Program-made: the position numbers and the translations under genes
Source: Corallococcus sp. AB038B
Lineage (GTDB): Bacteria; Myxococcota; Myxococcia; Myxococcales; Myxococcaceae
Assembly: GCF_003668955.1 (NCBI RefSeq)
Contig: NZ_RAWO01000002.1
Location: forward strand, 599,605-663,604
Reading direction: 5' to 3'
Length of the DNA: 64,000 nucleotides
Shown: positions 47,773 to 57,312 of the stretch, piece by piece
How positions within the stretch are numbered: position 1 is the stretch's first letter
Layout: every line of letters starts with the position of its first letter
Notes under the pieces: model-generated
Seen by the model: the letters and a program-made list of their open reading frames with translations, nothing else
Databases searched by the model: none
What the model was told of the DNA's origin: nothing

Positions 47773-49683
47773 ATGAATCGCTCAATCCTGTTGAAGAGCG
47801 CGTGGTGCGCCCTGCTGGTGCCCCTGCTGTCCTGCAACCTCCTCAAGGTCACTGATGACGAGGGGTCCACCACGGGCCGCGGTGCCAAGCGGTTCGACCC
47901 GTACCAGGGCCTCAACTCCGGCGCGATCCGGCTGAGCCTCCAGTACATCAACGGCTGCGCCTTCCTGCCCAACGGGCAGATGGTGGCGAAGAACGGCGTG
48001 ACCCCGGGGTATCCGGACACGTGCGTCACGCCGCTCGCGCAGAACCCGCTGACGCTGTCGCCTCCCACGGGGACGCTGCAGATCCTGTCGGACACCCAGT
48101 ACTTCCTGAACCAGTTCTCCGTGTCGGAGACCGTGGTCAACCAGCACAACAACCCCAACGACCAGACGGCCGCGCTGGCGTGGATCAAGAACCAGTCCGT
48201 CTTCTCGGGGCTGGACTGGACCAACGTCAACCAGGGCCCGGACGAGTGGAGCTTCTACAGCCTCGCGGGCGCGGTGGAGGACTGCTGGACCCGCGAGGTG
48301 CAGTTCGGCAACGCGAACTGGCAGAAGGTGAAGGACGACACCATCACCGTGGAGGTGCTGGACGAGACGGGCACCCCGCGCGCGAGCCAGACGTACCTGC
48401 GCTCGGAGCTGCTGGCCTCCTCGCCCTACGCCGGCCACAGCCGCTTCTCCTGGCGGTCGGAGAACCTGAAGCCGCCGCGCTTCCCCGGCGACAAGGACCC
48501 GGGCACGGTGACGGGCTTCGCGGGCGGTCTGGACCAGAGCGCCATCACCCGCACCATCGCGCGCGTGGACTGGGTGGGCAGCACCAACCCCTTCAAGGTG
48601 CTGCGCGTGCCGCGCCTGTCCGGTCCCGGCGCGCTCAAGGCCACCTGGAGCCAGCTGCCGGACAAGCCGTTCTTCTTCCCCGTCACGTACGTCATCCCGG
48701 ATGATCGCCCGTCCACCTGCACCGACGACGCCGGCAACCCGGTGCAGTGCAACCCGGGCCTGGACTCGCGGCTGGTGTTCTCGCCCCCGAAGGAGGGCAG
48801 CTTCTACAAGCCCGGCGAGGACGTGAGCGTCTACGTGGACCTGCGCGACAGCGCGGGTGCCCACCTGCACTCGCGCGACCTGTTGCCCAGCGCGCGGGAG
48901 ATCATCAGCGGCCAGTCCAACGGCCTCGTGACGTTCGTCCCCGGCGTCATCGCGGCCGTCACGGAGAACGACTCCATCTCCAACGTGGCCATCGCGGGCC
49001 CCCTCCAGGATCTCCAGGTCCTGGGCAACCCCAGCGACAAGCCCCAGTTCTTCGCCAAGCCGTTCCCGTTCGCGACGCTGGATGACGCCACGCTCACGGG
49101 GCTGACGCCGGGCCTCATCGACTACAAGTGGCCCACCCGCCAGACGTTCTCGCTGCCCGCGAACGCGAAGCCGGGCACCTACGTGGCGCTGGTGAAGTTC
49201 AACCGTGGAGCCATGGGCGAGCGCGTCGCGAAGCTGAACCCCTTCTTCTTCCAGGTGGGCCAGGACGAGTCGACGACGTACCCGGGCAACGTGGGCAACT
49301 GCCAGATCTGCCACCGCGGCGTGCTGTCGCTGGACAACCTGCGCCACGGCCTGTCGGTGGACCACATCGAGAGCTGCAAGGTCTGCCACCACTACGACAC
49401 GGACACGGTGGGCCGCACGCAGGAGATGGTGCACCGCATCCACATGAACTCGCCCAGCTACCCGGCGAACCGCGCGGACTGCACCGTGTGCCACCTGACG
49501 CGCAAGAGCACGGAGCGGCCCAGCCTGGCGCTGTGCGGCTCGTGCCACATCTCCCAGCACGGGGACGAGTTCTTCCAGATCGCATTCAACCAGCGCGGCA
49601 CGCCCAGCAAGTTCGGCAACTGCGCGCAGACCTGCCACGGCGGCGATCAGCTTCCCGCCAGCCACATCCTCCCCGCGAAGTAG
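47773..49683 (+). CDS. Multiheme c-type cytochrome lipoprotein (large N-terminal domain + C-terminal 4–5 heme module)
   Basis: Lipobox LLSC. Heme motifs CQICH, CKVCH, CTVCH, CGSCH plus CAQTCH (CX3CH). Confidence 0.75.
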   Translation: MNRSILLKSAWCALLVPLLSCNLLKVTDDEGSTTGRGAKRFDPYQGLNSGAIRLSLQYINGCAFLPNGQMVAKNGVTPGYPDTCVTPLAQNPLTLSPPTGTLQILSDTQYFLNQFSVSETVVNQHNNPNDQTAALAWIKNQSVFSGLDWTNVNQGPDEWSFYSLAGAVEDCWTREVQFGNANWQKVKDDTITVEVLDETGTPRASQTYLRSELLASSPYAGHSRFSWRSENLKPPRFPGDKDPGTVTGFAGGLDQSAITRTIARVDWVGSTNPFKVLRVPRLSGPGALKATWSQLPDKPFFFPVTYVIPDDRPSTCTDDAGNPVQCNPGLDSRLVFSPPKEGSFYKPGEDVSVYVDLRDSAGAHLHSRDLLPSAREIISGQSNGLVTFVPGVIAAVTENDSISNVAIAGPLQDLQVLGNPSDKPQFFAKPFPFATLDDATLTGLTPGLIDYKWPTRQTFSLPANAKPGTYVALVKFNRGAMGERVAKLNPFFFQVGQDESTTYPGNVGNCQICHRGVLSLDNLRHGLSVDHIESCKVCHHYDTDTVGRTQEMVHRIHMNSPSYPANRADCTVCHLTRKSTERPSLALCGSCHISQHGDEFFQIAFNQRGTPSKFGNCAQTCHGGDQLPASHILPAK

Positions 49684-49698
49684 GGGAAGCAACCCGCC

Positions 49699-50859
49699 AT
49701 GCACAGAGCTCTCTTCGTCGGAACGCTCCTCGGCGCGGCCCTGCTGAACGCCGGCTGCCAGGAATCCACCAACCCCGCGGTGTCCACCTTCACGCCGCGC
49801 CCCACGTATGAAAACCGCGAGCCGGAGGGCCTCACCTCCCGGCTGAACGGCTTCACCGTGGATCCGGAGGCCTACTTCATTAACCTGGCCTCCTGCGCGC
49901 CGGTGCCCGAGCAGTGCCAGCTGCCGCCGCTGTACGCGGAGTTCAGCCCGCTGCTGCAGCGCGCGCTGGTGCGCAACGCGCCCATCACCCTGCAGGACAC
50001 GCAGCCGGACCCCGCCACGGGCCAGCCGCCCGCGCCGGATGTGATCACGCCCTCGGTGTCGGAAGCGAACGGCATCTGGACCCGGGACAAGGTGCCCACC
50101 CGCCGGGGCGCGCCGTTCCTCGTGCTGTCGCTGGGGGGACAGGCCACGCTGGCCAACAACGCCGTGATGCCGCTGCCGCCGCCGATGTTGACGCTGCAAC
50201 CCGTGCCGGAGGGCAACTACGTGCCCACGGTGACGGTGCGGCCGGTGGTGCCCGCGCACAGCGCCTGCGTGGGCCTGGAGGCCCTGCAGATGAGCGACAA
50301 GGGCATCCTGGAGGCGGTCGCGAAGTACCTGACCGCCGAGGGCACGCCCACCACGGTGCAGGATCTGCTCAACCCGGCCCGCTTCGGCGGCGTGACGGTG
50401 TTCTGGCTGTACCGGCCAGGCTTCCCCGTGTTCCGCGTGCCGGCGGCGAACACTTCCGTGGTTGCCACGGTGAAGGATGTCTCGTCCGGGGTGGATGTCC
50501 CGTCCGGGCGCGTGCTGAACATCGAGTGGGCGCCCCCGGGTGCGCTGCCGCCGCCGCTGGCGCCGTTCCAGTCCACGCGCGGCTTCTTCATCCCGCCGGG
50601 GCCGCCGGCGCCCATCAGCTCGCTGGGCCTCGCCGCCGTCCTGCATCCTCCGTTGATGGGGCCGCCGCCCATGGTCACGTTTACGGCGAAGGACCTCACC
50701 ACGAGCGACCCGGAAGGGCGCCCCTGGGTGTTCCAGGCGGCGGTAGCGCTTCCCGTGGTCCCGGGCGTGGTGTCGTTCGCCGGCCTCCAGCTGGCCAACA
50801 AGACGCCCTCGACGACGCCTTCGATTCCCCCGCCCAGCACCTGCTTGCCGGGCCAGTAG
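49699..50859 (+). CDS. Hypothetical lipoprotein
   Basis: Lipobox LLNAGC. Starts 15 nt after the upstream stop, consistent with co-transcription in the cytochrome operon. Pro-rich. Confidence 0.6.
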   Translation: MHRALFVGTLLGAALLNAGCQESTNPAVSTFTPRPTYENREPEGLTSRLNGFTVDPEAYFINLASCAPVPEQCQLPPLYAEFSPLLQRALVRNAPITLQDTQPDPATGQPPAPDVITPSVSEANGIWTRDKVPTRRGAPFLVLSLGGQATLANNAVMPLPPPMLTLQPVPEGNYVPTVTVRPVVPAHSACVGLEALQMSDKGILEAVAKYLTAEGTPTTVQDLLNPARFGGVTVFWLYRPGFPVFRVPAANTSVVATVKDVSSGVDVPSGRVLNIEWAPPGALPPPLAPFQSTRGFFIPPGPPAPISSLGLAAVLHPPLMGPPPMVTFTAKDLTTSDPEGRPWVFQAAVALPVVPGVVSFAGLQLANKTPSTTPSIPPPSTCLPGQ

Positions 50860-50960
50860 CTGCCTCACCCGTCCCAACACCGGCGCTCTGTCCACTCCTC
50901 CCCCGTGGAGCAGGCAGCAGCGCCATGTGTCGTCCCCGTTCATCCGGAGAAGCGTTCCCC

Positions 50961-52214
50961 ATGATGAAGAAGATCCTGATCGCCATTGGTGCGTTGGTCG
51001 CCCTGGTCCTGATTGGCGCGGGTTCCGCCATGGGCGTGGCCACCCACAAGATCAACAAGACGTACGACTATGTCGCGCTGCCCAACATCACGCGGGACAG
51101 CTCTCCGGAGGGCATTGCCCGCGGTGAGCAGGTGTTCCGCGCGGTGTGTGGCGAGTGTCACGCGGGCGGAGGCAACACCAAGCCCGTGGGCGGCCGGATG
51201 TTCGACTTCCCGGCCGAACTGGGCACCTTCTACTCGGCGAACATCACCTCCGACATGGAGAAGGGCGTGGGCGCCTGGACGGACCAGGAGATCGCCCGCC
51301 TGGTGATCAACGGCATCGACAAGAACCACCACTTCCGCCCCATGCCCCCGTTCCCCAACATGGGTGACAAGGACATCGCGGCGGTCATCGGCTTCATGCG
51401 CTCCGGGCACCCGGACTTCGCGCCGGAGAAGCAGCAGCCGCCGCGCTCCGAGCTGACGCCCCCGGGCCGGATGGCGTTCGCGTTCGCCATGGGCATCAAC
51501 GACAAGGGCCGCACGGAGCCGGTGCTCGTGCCCGCGAAGGCGGCGGACTCCGTGGAGTACGGCCGCTACCTGGCCTCCAGCGTCTACGACTGCACCTTCT
51601 GCCACTCGCCCGGCCTGGAGAGCAGCGCGGTGAAGATGCAGCACCCGGAGACGCTGCTGAGCGGCGGCTTCGAGTTCGACATGGTGCCGCTGGGCGGCGA
51701 GGGCAAGCTGCTGTCGCCCAACATCACCCCCAGCGAGACGGCCGGCATCGGCAAGTGGACGCTGGACGAGTTCAATCACGCCATGGTCACGGGCATCACG
51801 CCCGGGGGCTACATCCTGCGCGCGCCCATGCCCAAGTACCGCTACGCGGACGCCGTGGAGCTCTCCGCCCTCTACACCTTCCTGCGCTCCATGAAGCCCA
51901 ACGACAAGGTCGTGCCGCCGCCCGCCGGTGGCCGCCCCAAGGCGGAGCCCTCCAGCGACCCGGAGAAGATGTTCAGCTCCCTGGGCTGCGCGACCTGCCA
52001 CGCCCCCGGCAAGGCCTACGAGGCCAAGCTCCAGGGCGCCAAGGGCAAGGCCCCGGAGGAAGTGGCGAAGTGGATCCGCAACCCGGAGTCCTTCAAGCCC
52101 GGCACGCAGATGCCCACCTACGAGTCCCTCATCGACGAGAACAACGCCCTCGCGCTCGCCCGGTACGTCCTGGGCAAGACGGGCGGCACCGTGAGTGAAG
52201 GCACCACGCCCTGA
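50961..52214 (+). CDS. Membrane-anchored triheme cytochrome c
   Basis: N-terminal TM anchor KILIAIGALVALVLIGAG. Heme motifs CGECH, CTFCH and CATCH. ATG at 50961 after a ggagaag RBS. Confidence 0.8.
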   Translation: MMKKILIAIGALVALVLIGAGSAMGVATHKINKTYDYVALPNITRDSSPEGIARGEQVFRAVCGECHAGGGNTKPVGGRMFDFPAELGTFYSANITSDMEKGVGAWTDQEIARLVINGIDKNHHFRPMPPFPNMGDKDIAAVIGFMRSGHPDFAPEKQQPPRSELTPPGRMAFAFAMGINDKGRTEPVLVPAKAADSVEYGRYLASSVYDCTFCHSPGLESSAVKMQHPETLLSGGFEFDMVPLGGEGKLLSPNITPSETAGIGKWTLDEFNHAMVTGITPGGYILRAPMPKYRYADAVELSALYTFLRSMKPNDKVVPPPAGGRPKAEPSSDPEKMFSSLGCATCHAPGKAYEAKLQGAKGKAPEEVAKWIRNPESFKPGTQMPTYESLIDENNALALARYVLGKTGGTVSEGTTP

Positions 52215-52237
52215 GTTTGACATCGATGTGACAAAGG

Positions 52238-52265
52238 CCCCCGCGTAAGTGTCAACACGCGGGGG
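52238..52265. terminator. Rho-independent-type hairpin after the cytochrome operon
   Basis: cccccgcgt aagtgtcaac acgcggggg: a perfect 9-bp GC stem, 24 nt after the stop. Confidence 0.5.
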
Positions 52266-52296
52266 TCTGGTGAAACACCGTATTTCTTCCGAGTGA

Positions 52297-53334
52297 GTGT
52301 CATCACAGGACGGACCGGTTCAGATAAGCTTTCATGTGAAGTCGTTCCCCCACCCCGCGGAGCGTCATTCCATGAATGTTTCACCGGCCTCCCCCTCGGC
52401 TCACCGGTCGCAGCGTTCCCCGTCGCTTCACCTCCACGAGACAAAGGCTCCGGACACACAGGGTCCCATCCGGTTGGATGACGTGCTCTGGAATCCGGTC
52501 AACGCGGAGGAGGCGCTGGAGGGTCTGGAGAAGATCCTCGGCCGGCTGAACGCGCGGGATGACTCACGCGCCATCTTCCTGGACATCTACGCCATCGTCA
52601 CTCGGAAGGTCGTCCACCTGCTGAGCCGCGATGACGCGGGCGGCTTCCTCGAACCCGAGTGGCTGTCGCACCTGACGGGCCGCTTCGCGGAGGAGGCGCT
52701 CATCGCGGTGCGCGACTCGCTGAAGAACCTGCCGCTGCCCACCGCGGCGTGGCGCTTCGCGACGCACTACCCGGCCCAGGGGCTCACGCAGCCGTACCAG
52801 GACGCGCTGCTGGGCGTGAGCGCGCACATCAACCACGACCTGGGAATGGTCGTCTACGACAACATCGCCCACCAGTCGCCGCCGGCGGATGCACGCCGGA
52901 TGGCGCGCTACCGGCATGACTACTTCCACGTGAACGAGATCCTCCGCTCGTGCATCCCGGACTGCGTGGACCTGCTCGCGGAGCGCTACCGGTGCGCGTC
53001 CACGCGGCTGCTCTTGCGCGTGCCCTTCAGCCGCCCCGTGGTGGAGCGGACGGTGATGCGGATGCTCATCGTCTGGCGGCAGCGCGTCTGGGACAACGTC
53101 GTCGCGATGCTGGAGGCGCAGACGCCCGAGGAGCACCAGGCCGTCGTGGAGCGCGTCCGCACGACGTCCGGCCGCATCGCGCAGGCGCTGTGCGCGGACA
53201 AGGCGCTCTGGTGGACGGTGCGCGGCGAGTCGCCGCCGTTCAGCCTGGACCTGCCGCCGGAGGCGTGGCCCGGCGTGGTGCTGCCTCCGGATCCTGAGCC
53301 GGACGCGGACGTGAGCGCTGACCGCGCCGGCTAG
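52297..53334 (+). CDS. Hypothetical protein (DUF5995-like?)
   Basis: 345 aa. Alternative start at MNVSPASP (52372). SAHINHDLGMVVYDNIA resembles DUF5995. Confidence 0.5.
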   Translation: MSSQDGPVQISFHVKSFPHPAERHSMNVSPASPSAHRSQRSPSLHLHETKAPDTQGPIRLDDVLWNPVNAEEALEGLEKILGRLNARDDSRAIFLDIYAIVTRKVVHLLSRDDAGGFLEPEWLSHLTGRFAEEALIAVRDSLKNLPLPTAAWRFATHYPAQGLTQPYQDALLGVSAHINHDLGMVVYDNIAHQSPPADARRMARYRHDYFHVNEILRSCIPDCVDLLAERYRCASTRLLLRVPFSRPVVERTVMRMLIVWRQRVWDNVVAMLEAQTPEEHQAVVERVRTTSGRIAQALCADKALWWTVRGESPPFSLDLPPEAWPGVVLPPDPEPDADVSADRAG

Positions 53335-53343
53335 CAAGCCGCA

Positions 53344-54828
53344 TCAGGAGGGCGTGACTCCGGCCACGAGGTAGAAGCGCACCTGGCCGGAGTTGACGGC
53401 GTAGGCGACGTCCACGCCCAACAGGGGCAGCACGACGTTGTTGAGGTACAGCCGCAGGCCCCCGCCCACGCCCTGGGCCACGGTGACGGGGTTCTGGCCC
53501 GTGATCGTCTCCCGCAGGTAGTCGCGGATGACGCGTCCGTTGGCGTCGCGCAGGACTCCATCCTCGGGCACATCCCACCACGCGATGGCGCCCGTGTCGG
53601 AGAAGGCCACGCCCCGGAAGGCCAGCGACTTCACCTTGAAGAGGGGGAAGTGGTACTCGGCCGTGAAGGTGAGCCGGCTGTCGCCGCGGAACTGCCGGTA
53701 CTGGAAGCCGCGCAGCGTGTTGCCGCCCATCACCAGCTCCTGTTGGAAGGGCAGGTGCCTGGCCAGCACCAGCTCCCCGCGGAGCACCAGGTTGTGCTCC
53801 GTGAAGAAGCGGACGCCGTGGCGGTAGAGGAGGCCGAACTTGCGGTAGTCGAACTCGCTCCACACGCCCGGGCCGGACACCTCGTAGGAGGCCTCCAGGT
53901 TGAGCCCCTCCGTCACCGCGTGCAGCGTCTGGCGCGAGTCCAGGCCCACCATGAGGCGCAGCGACGTGTCTCGCATGGCGGGGCCGGTGGAGAACGGCGG
54001 CACCGTCACCGGCATCTTCGGATCCGGAGTCTTCGCGTCGATGCTGGACAGGCGGTACTTCGCCGCCGCGCGCACGCGCTCGAAGAGGATGAAGCCCAGT
54101 TCGGAGCTGATGGACGCGGAGTTGAAGCGCGTGCGCCGGAGGATCTCCGGGTCATCCTCACTGGCGTCCATGCTGTACTCGTCCACGCGGTCGCTCTTCA
54201 GCTGTCCCTCCAGGCTGAACTTGAGCTGCGGCAGGCCGAAGAGGATCGGATCCAGGAAGCCCACGTACAGGCCGCTCTCGCCGGTGCTCACCTGCGCCGC
54301 GACGGCGAACTTCTTCGCGCGGCCACCCAGGTTGTTCTCCGCGTAGAGCAGCCCGCCGCCGGTGTTCGCGGAGGACAGCGCCACCGTGGGGGCCACCACC
54401 CACGACGCCTTGTCCTTCACGCGCAGCACCAGCCGCACGCGCCCGTCGGGCATCGGCTCGGTGCCGACACGGACCTCCTGGAAGAGGCCGGTGGCCAACA
54501 GGCGCCGCTCCACCTTCTCCAGTTCCGCGCTGTCCACCGTGTCGCCCACGCCCACCTGTCCGAACGAGCGCACCGTCCCGGACGTCGTCTTGTTCGCGCC
54601 CTCCACCGTCACCTCTCCGACCTCGGAGCGGTCGATGGGGGACACGGGCGTGTCCTCGTCGGCGTGGGCCATGGAGGCCCCCAGGCCCATCAGGGCCACG
54701 GCGAGGACGGACAGGTGGCGTCGGAAGCAGGAGAGAGGCACGCACTGCTCATACTCCACGGGCCGCGGGAGCTGGTTGTTTCGGAGCGTGTCCGCCAGCG
54801 CGGGCGCGCGATGTTCAACGTTCGGCAT
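53344..54828 (-). CDS. Omp85/BamA-TamA-family outer-membrane β-barrel protein
   Basis: Signal peptide …LAVALMGLGASMAHA, a POTRA-like region, then a β-barrel with the loop-6 motif GGNTLRGFQY. Start uncertain; the ORF is open to 54852. Confidence 0.7.
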   Translation of the reverse strand: MPNVEHRAPALADTLRNNQLPRPVEYEQCVPLSCFRRHLSVLAVALMGLGASMAHADEDTPVSPIDRSEVGEVTVEGANKTTSGTVRSFGQVGVGDTVDSAELEKVERRLLATGLFQEVRVGTEPMPDGRVRLVLRVKDKASWVVAPTVALSSANTGGGLLYAENNLGGRAKKFAVAAQVSTGESGLYVGFLDPILFGLPQLKFSLEGQLKSDRVDEYSMDASEDDPEILRRTRFNSASISSELGFILFERVRAAAKYRLSSIDAKTPDPKMPVTVPPFSTGPAMRDTSLRLMVGLDSRQTLHAVTEGLNLEASYEVSGPGVWSEFDYRKFGLLYRHGVRFFTEHNLVLRGELVLARHLPFQQELVMGGNTLRGFQYRQFRGDSRLTFTAEYHFPLFKVKSLAFRGVAFSDTGAIAWWDVPEDGVLRDANGRVIRDYLRETITGQNPVTVAQGVGGGLRLYLNNVVLPLLGVDVAYAVNSGQVRFYLVAGVTPS

Positions 54829-54911
54829 CCGGAGCGACCCGAGGGTGGCCACCCGTGCGACCTGGAGAACAGTGGCACCCGGACGAGCGCCCAGGAGATG
54901 GACGGATTATG

Positions 54912-54923
54912 CTCATAATGTGG
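54912..54923 (+). promoter_or_regulatory. Second copy of ctcataatgtgg, 30 nt upstream of the MaoC-dehydratase ATG
   Basis: Identical 12-mer to 47599-47610. Confidence 0.3.
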
Positions 54924-54952
54924 GCGGGCATCCGTCCTGGAAGGACGTGGGC

Positions 54953-55429
54953 ATGGCATCGACGGCAGAGGGCGGGCGCCAGGAGTTGTTCCTGGACGAC
55001 CTGTCCGTGGGGCAGAAGTTCTTCAGTGACACGCACGCGCTGGACGCGGCGCAGATCATCGCCTTCGCGAGGGAGTTCGACCCGCAGGGCTTCCATCTGG
55101 ACGACGCCGCGGCGAAGGACACGCTGTTCGAAGGGCTGGCGGCGAGCGGCTGGCACACGGCGGCGCTCACGATGAAGCTCAACGTCCAGAGCGGTCTGCC
55201 CTTCAAGGGCGGCATCGTGGGGGCGGGCGGCGACATCCGCTGGCCCCGGCCCACGCGCCCGGGGGACATCCTCCAGGTGGAGAGCGAGGTGCTGGAGATC
55301 ATTCCCTCCCGCACGCGGCCGGACCGGGGCATCGCCACGGTGCGCAGTGAGACGCGCAACCAGAAGGGCGACGTGCTTCAGGTGCTCATCGCGAAGCTGG
55401 TGCTGCCCCGTCGCCCGGCGAGCGGGTGA
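54953..55429 (+). CDS. MaoC-like (R)-specific enoyl-CoA hydratase/dehydratase (hot-dog fold)
   Basis: 158 aa, hot-dog fold pattern: …FHLDDAAAKDTLFEGLAASGWHTAAL…. Confidence 0.75.
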   Translation: MASTAEGGRQELFLDDLSVGQKFFSDTHALDAAQIIAFAREFDPQGFHLDDAAAKDTLFEGLAASGWHTAALTMKLNVQSGLPFKGGIVGAGGDIRWPRPTRPGDILQVESEVLEIIPSRTRPDRGIATVRSETRNQKGDVLQVLIAKLVLPRRPASG

Positions 55430-55523
55430 GCGGGATGTGACGCTTTGCGTGAGCGCTGGCGGAGGTTACGGTGCGGCCCGCATCGGCCGTGGTCCCCGTC
55501 CCGCTCTCGAGGAGTCCCTTCGC

Positions 55524-56675
55524 ATGTCCCGCGCCACCCCTGACTTCGACCTGGCCTCCGTGGACGTGGAGGGCTTCTACGCGGAGCTGAAGGCGCTGCG
55601 TGCCCAACTGGACGCGAACCTGGGTGAAGCGGACAAGGCGCACCTGCGGAAGATGGAGCTGTGGGGGAAGGTGGCTTCGGTGCTGGGCGTGGCCACGGCG
55701 TGGATTGCCCCCAATCCACTCTCCGCGGTGGCGCTGGGCCTGGGCCGCTCCACGCGCTGGCTGCTCATGCACCACGTGGGGCACCGGGGCTATGACCGCG
55801 TGCCGGGCATGCCCGCGTCGCGCACCAGCAAGGGCTTCGCGAAGGGGAACCGCCGGTTCGTGGACTGGCTGGACTGGATGCTGCCGGAGGCGTGGGTCTT
55901 CGAGCACAACGTGCTGCACCACTCGCACACCGGCGAGGACGCGGATCCGGACCTCCTGGAGCGCAACGCGGAGGGCACGCTGCGTGACACCGGCCGGCCG
56001 CTGGCCCTGCGCTACGTGCAACTGGCGCTGCTGGCCGTCACCTGGCGCGCGAGCTACTACGCGCCGGAGACGCTGGGCTCACTGCGCCGCAAGGGCCGGC
56101 GCGAGGGTGGGGCGCTGACGCGCGCGGAGCTGTGGGAGCTCTTCACGCGCTGCTACCTGCCGTACGCGACCGTCTTCTTCGGGCTGTATCCGGCGGCGTT
56201 CCTGCTGGTGTCGCCGTGGGCGGCGTTCAGCGTGTTCTGCAACTCCGTGCTGGCGGACGTCGTCACCAACCTGCACACGTTCTTCGTGGTGGGCCCCAAC
56301 CACACCGGCGAGGACCTGTACCGCTTCGACTCCGCGCCCGCGAACAAGGGGGAGCGCATGGTGCAGCAGGTGGTGGGCAGCGCGAACTACCGCACGGGCG
56401 GCGACCTCAACGACTTCGCCCACCTGTGGCTGAACTACCAGATTGAGCACCACCTCTGGCCGGACCTGCCGATGCTGAAGTACCGCGAGGCGCAGCCGCA
56501 CGTGCGCGCCCTCTGCGAGAAGTACGGCATCCCCTACGTGCAGGAGAGCGTCTGGACGCGCGCACGGAAGATGGTGGACATCGTCGTGGGCAAGGCGTCC
56601 ATGAAGCGGCTGGTGAAGGCCGCGGCGCCTGAGATGTCGGCCGCGGACGCTCGCGCGGAGGCCTCCGCGGCCTGA
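55524..56675 (+). CDS. Fatty-acid desaturase-family membrane di-iron protein (third paralogue in the window)
   Basis: His boxes HHVGH, HNVLHH and HLWLNYQIEHHLWP. ATG at 55524. Confidence 0.85.
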   Translation: MSRATPDFDLASVDVEGFYAELKALRAQLDANLGEADKAHLRKMELWGKVASVLGVATAWIAPNPLSAVALGLGRSTRWLLMHHVGHRGYDRVPGMPASRTSKGFAKGNRRFVDWLDWMLPEAWVFEHNVLHHSHTGEDADPDLLERNAEGTLRDTGRPLALRYVQLALLAVTWRASYYAPETLGSLRRKGRREGGALTRAELWELFTRCYLPYATVFFGLYPAAFLLVSPWAAFSVFCNSVLADVVTNLHTFFVVGPNHTGEDLYRFDSAPANKGERMVQQVVGSANYRTGGDLNDFAHLWLNYQIEHHLWPDLPMLKYREAQPHVRALCEKYGIPYVQESVWTRARKMVDIVVGKASMKRLVKAAAPEMSAADARAEASAA

Positions 56676-56676
56676 G

Positions 56677-57174
56677 TTACGCGGGCGGCGCGCGGCGGCG
56701 GCGGGGCAGCGGGGCGAGCGCCACGGGTGTGGCCTCCGTGGCCGTGGTCTCCTGGCGCACGGCCTCCACGTTCACCACGCGTACACCGTCGGGTTGGACG
56801 GGCAGCCCCAGGGTGTCCACGAAGAGGCGGTAGCTCTCCTCCAGGCGGCGGTGCAGCGAGTTGAACGTCTGGTGCGCGGTGCCGGGCATGTCCTCGGTGT
56901 AGGTGAAGTACCAGCGCAGCTCGTCCAGGCGCCCGTAGAAGTGGTCCACCACCGCCTGCTCCTGCTCGGTCAGGTGGATGAGCTGGGCGAAGGCGCCGTC
57001 CGCGTAGCGCGAGGCCACGGTCTCCACCAACGGGTCGCGGCTGCGCAGGCGGGAGAAGAGGAGGAACATGTCCTCCCTGCGTGCGGCCAGCCGGCGCATG
57101 ATTCCTGCTGCGTCGAGGGCGAGCAGGTTGCGCACGCGCGCGGTGGTTTCGTCGGCCTTCTTGCGGCGAGCCAT
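56677..57174 (-). CDS. Hypothetical protein
   Basis: 165 aa starting MARRKKADETT. Convergent with the desaturase; stops are 1 nt apart. Confidence 0.45.
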   Translation of the reverse strand: MARRKKADETTARVRNLLALDAAGIMRRLAARREDMFLLFSRLRSRDPLVETVASRYADGAFAQLIHLTEQEQAVVDHFYGRLDELRWYFTYTEDMPGTAHQTFNSLHRRLEESYRLFVDTLGLPVQPDGVRVVNVEAVRQETTATEATPVALAPLPRRRRAPPA

Positions 57175-57312
57175 GGTGCGACACAGCCTACCGTCAGTGG
57201 TACCCCTCCACGCCAGGGGCCGCCCGCTTCGTGAGGAGCCGGGCGGCCGGGCCCATGCCGGCCCCACGGCGATGCGGCGCGGCGGGAGAGCGGTTGTTAC
57301 GGTGGGGCCACC

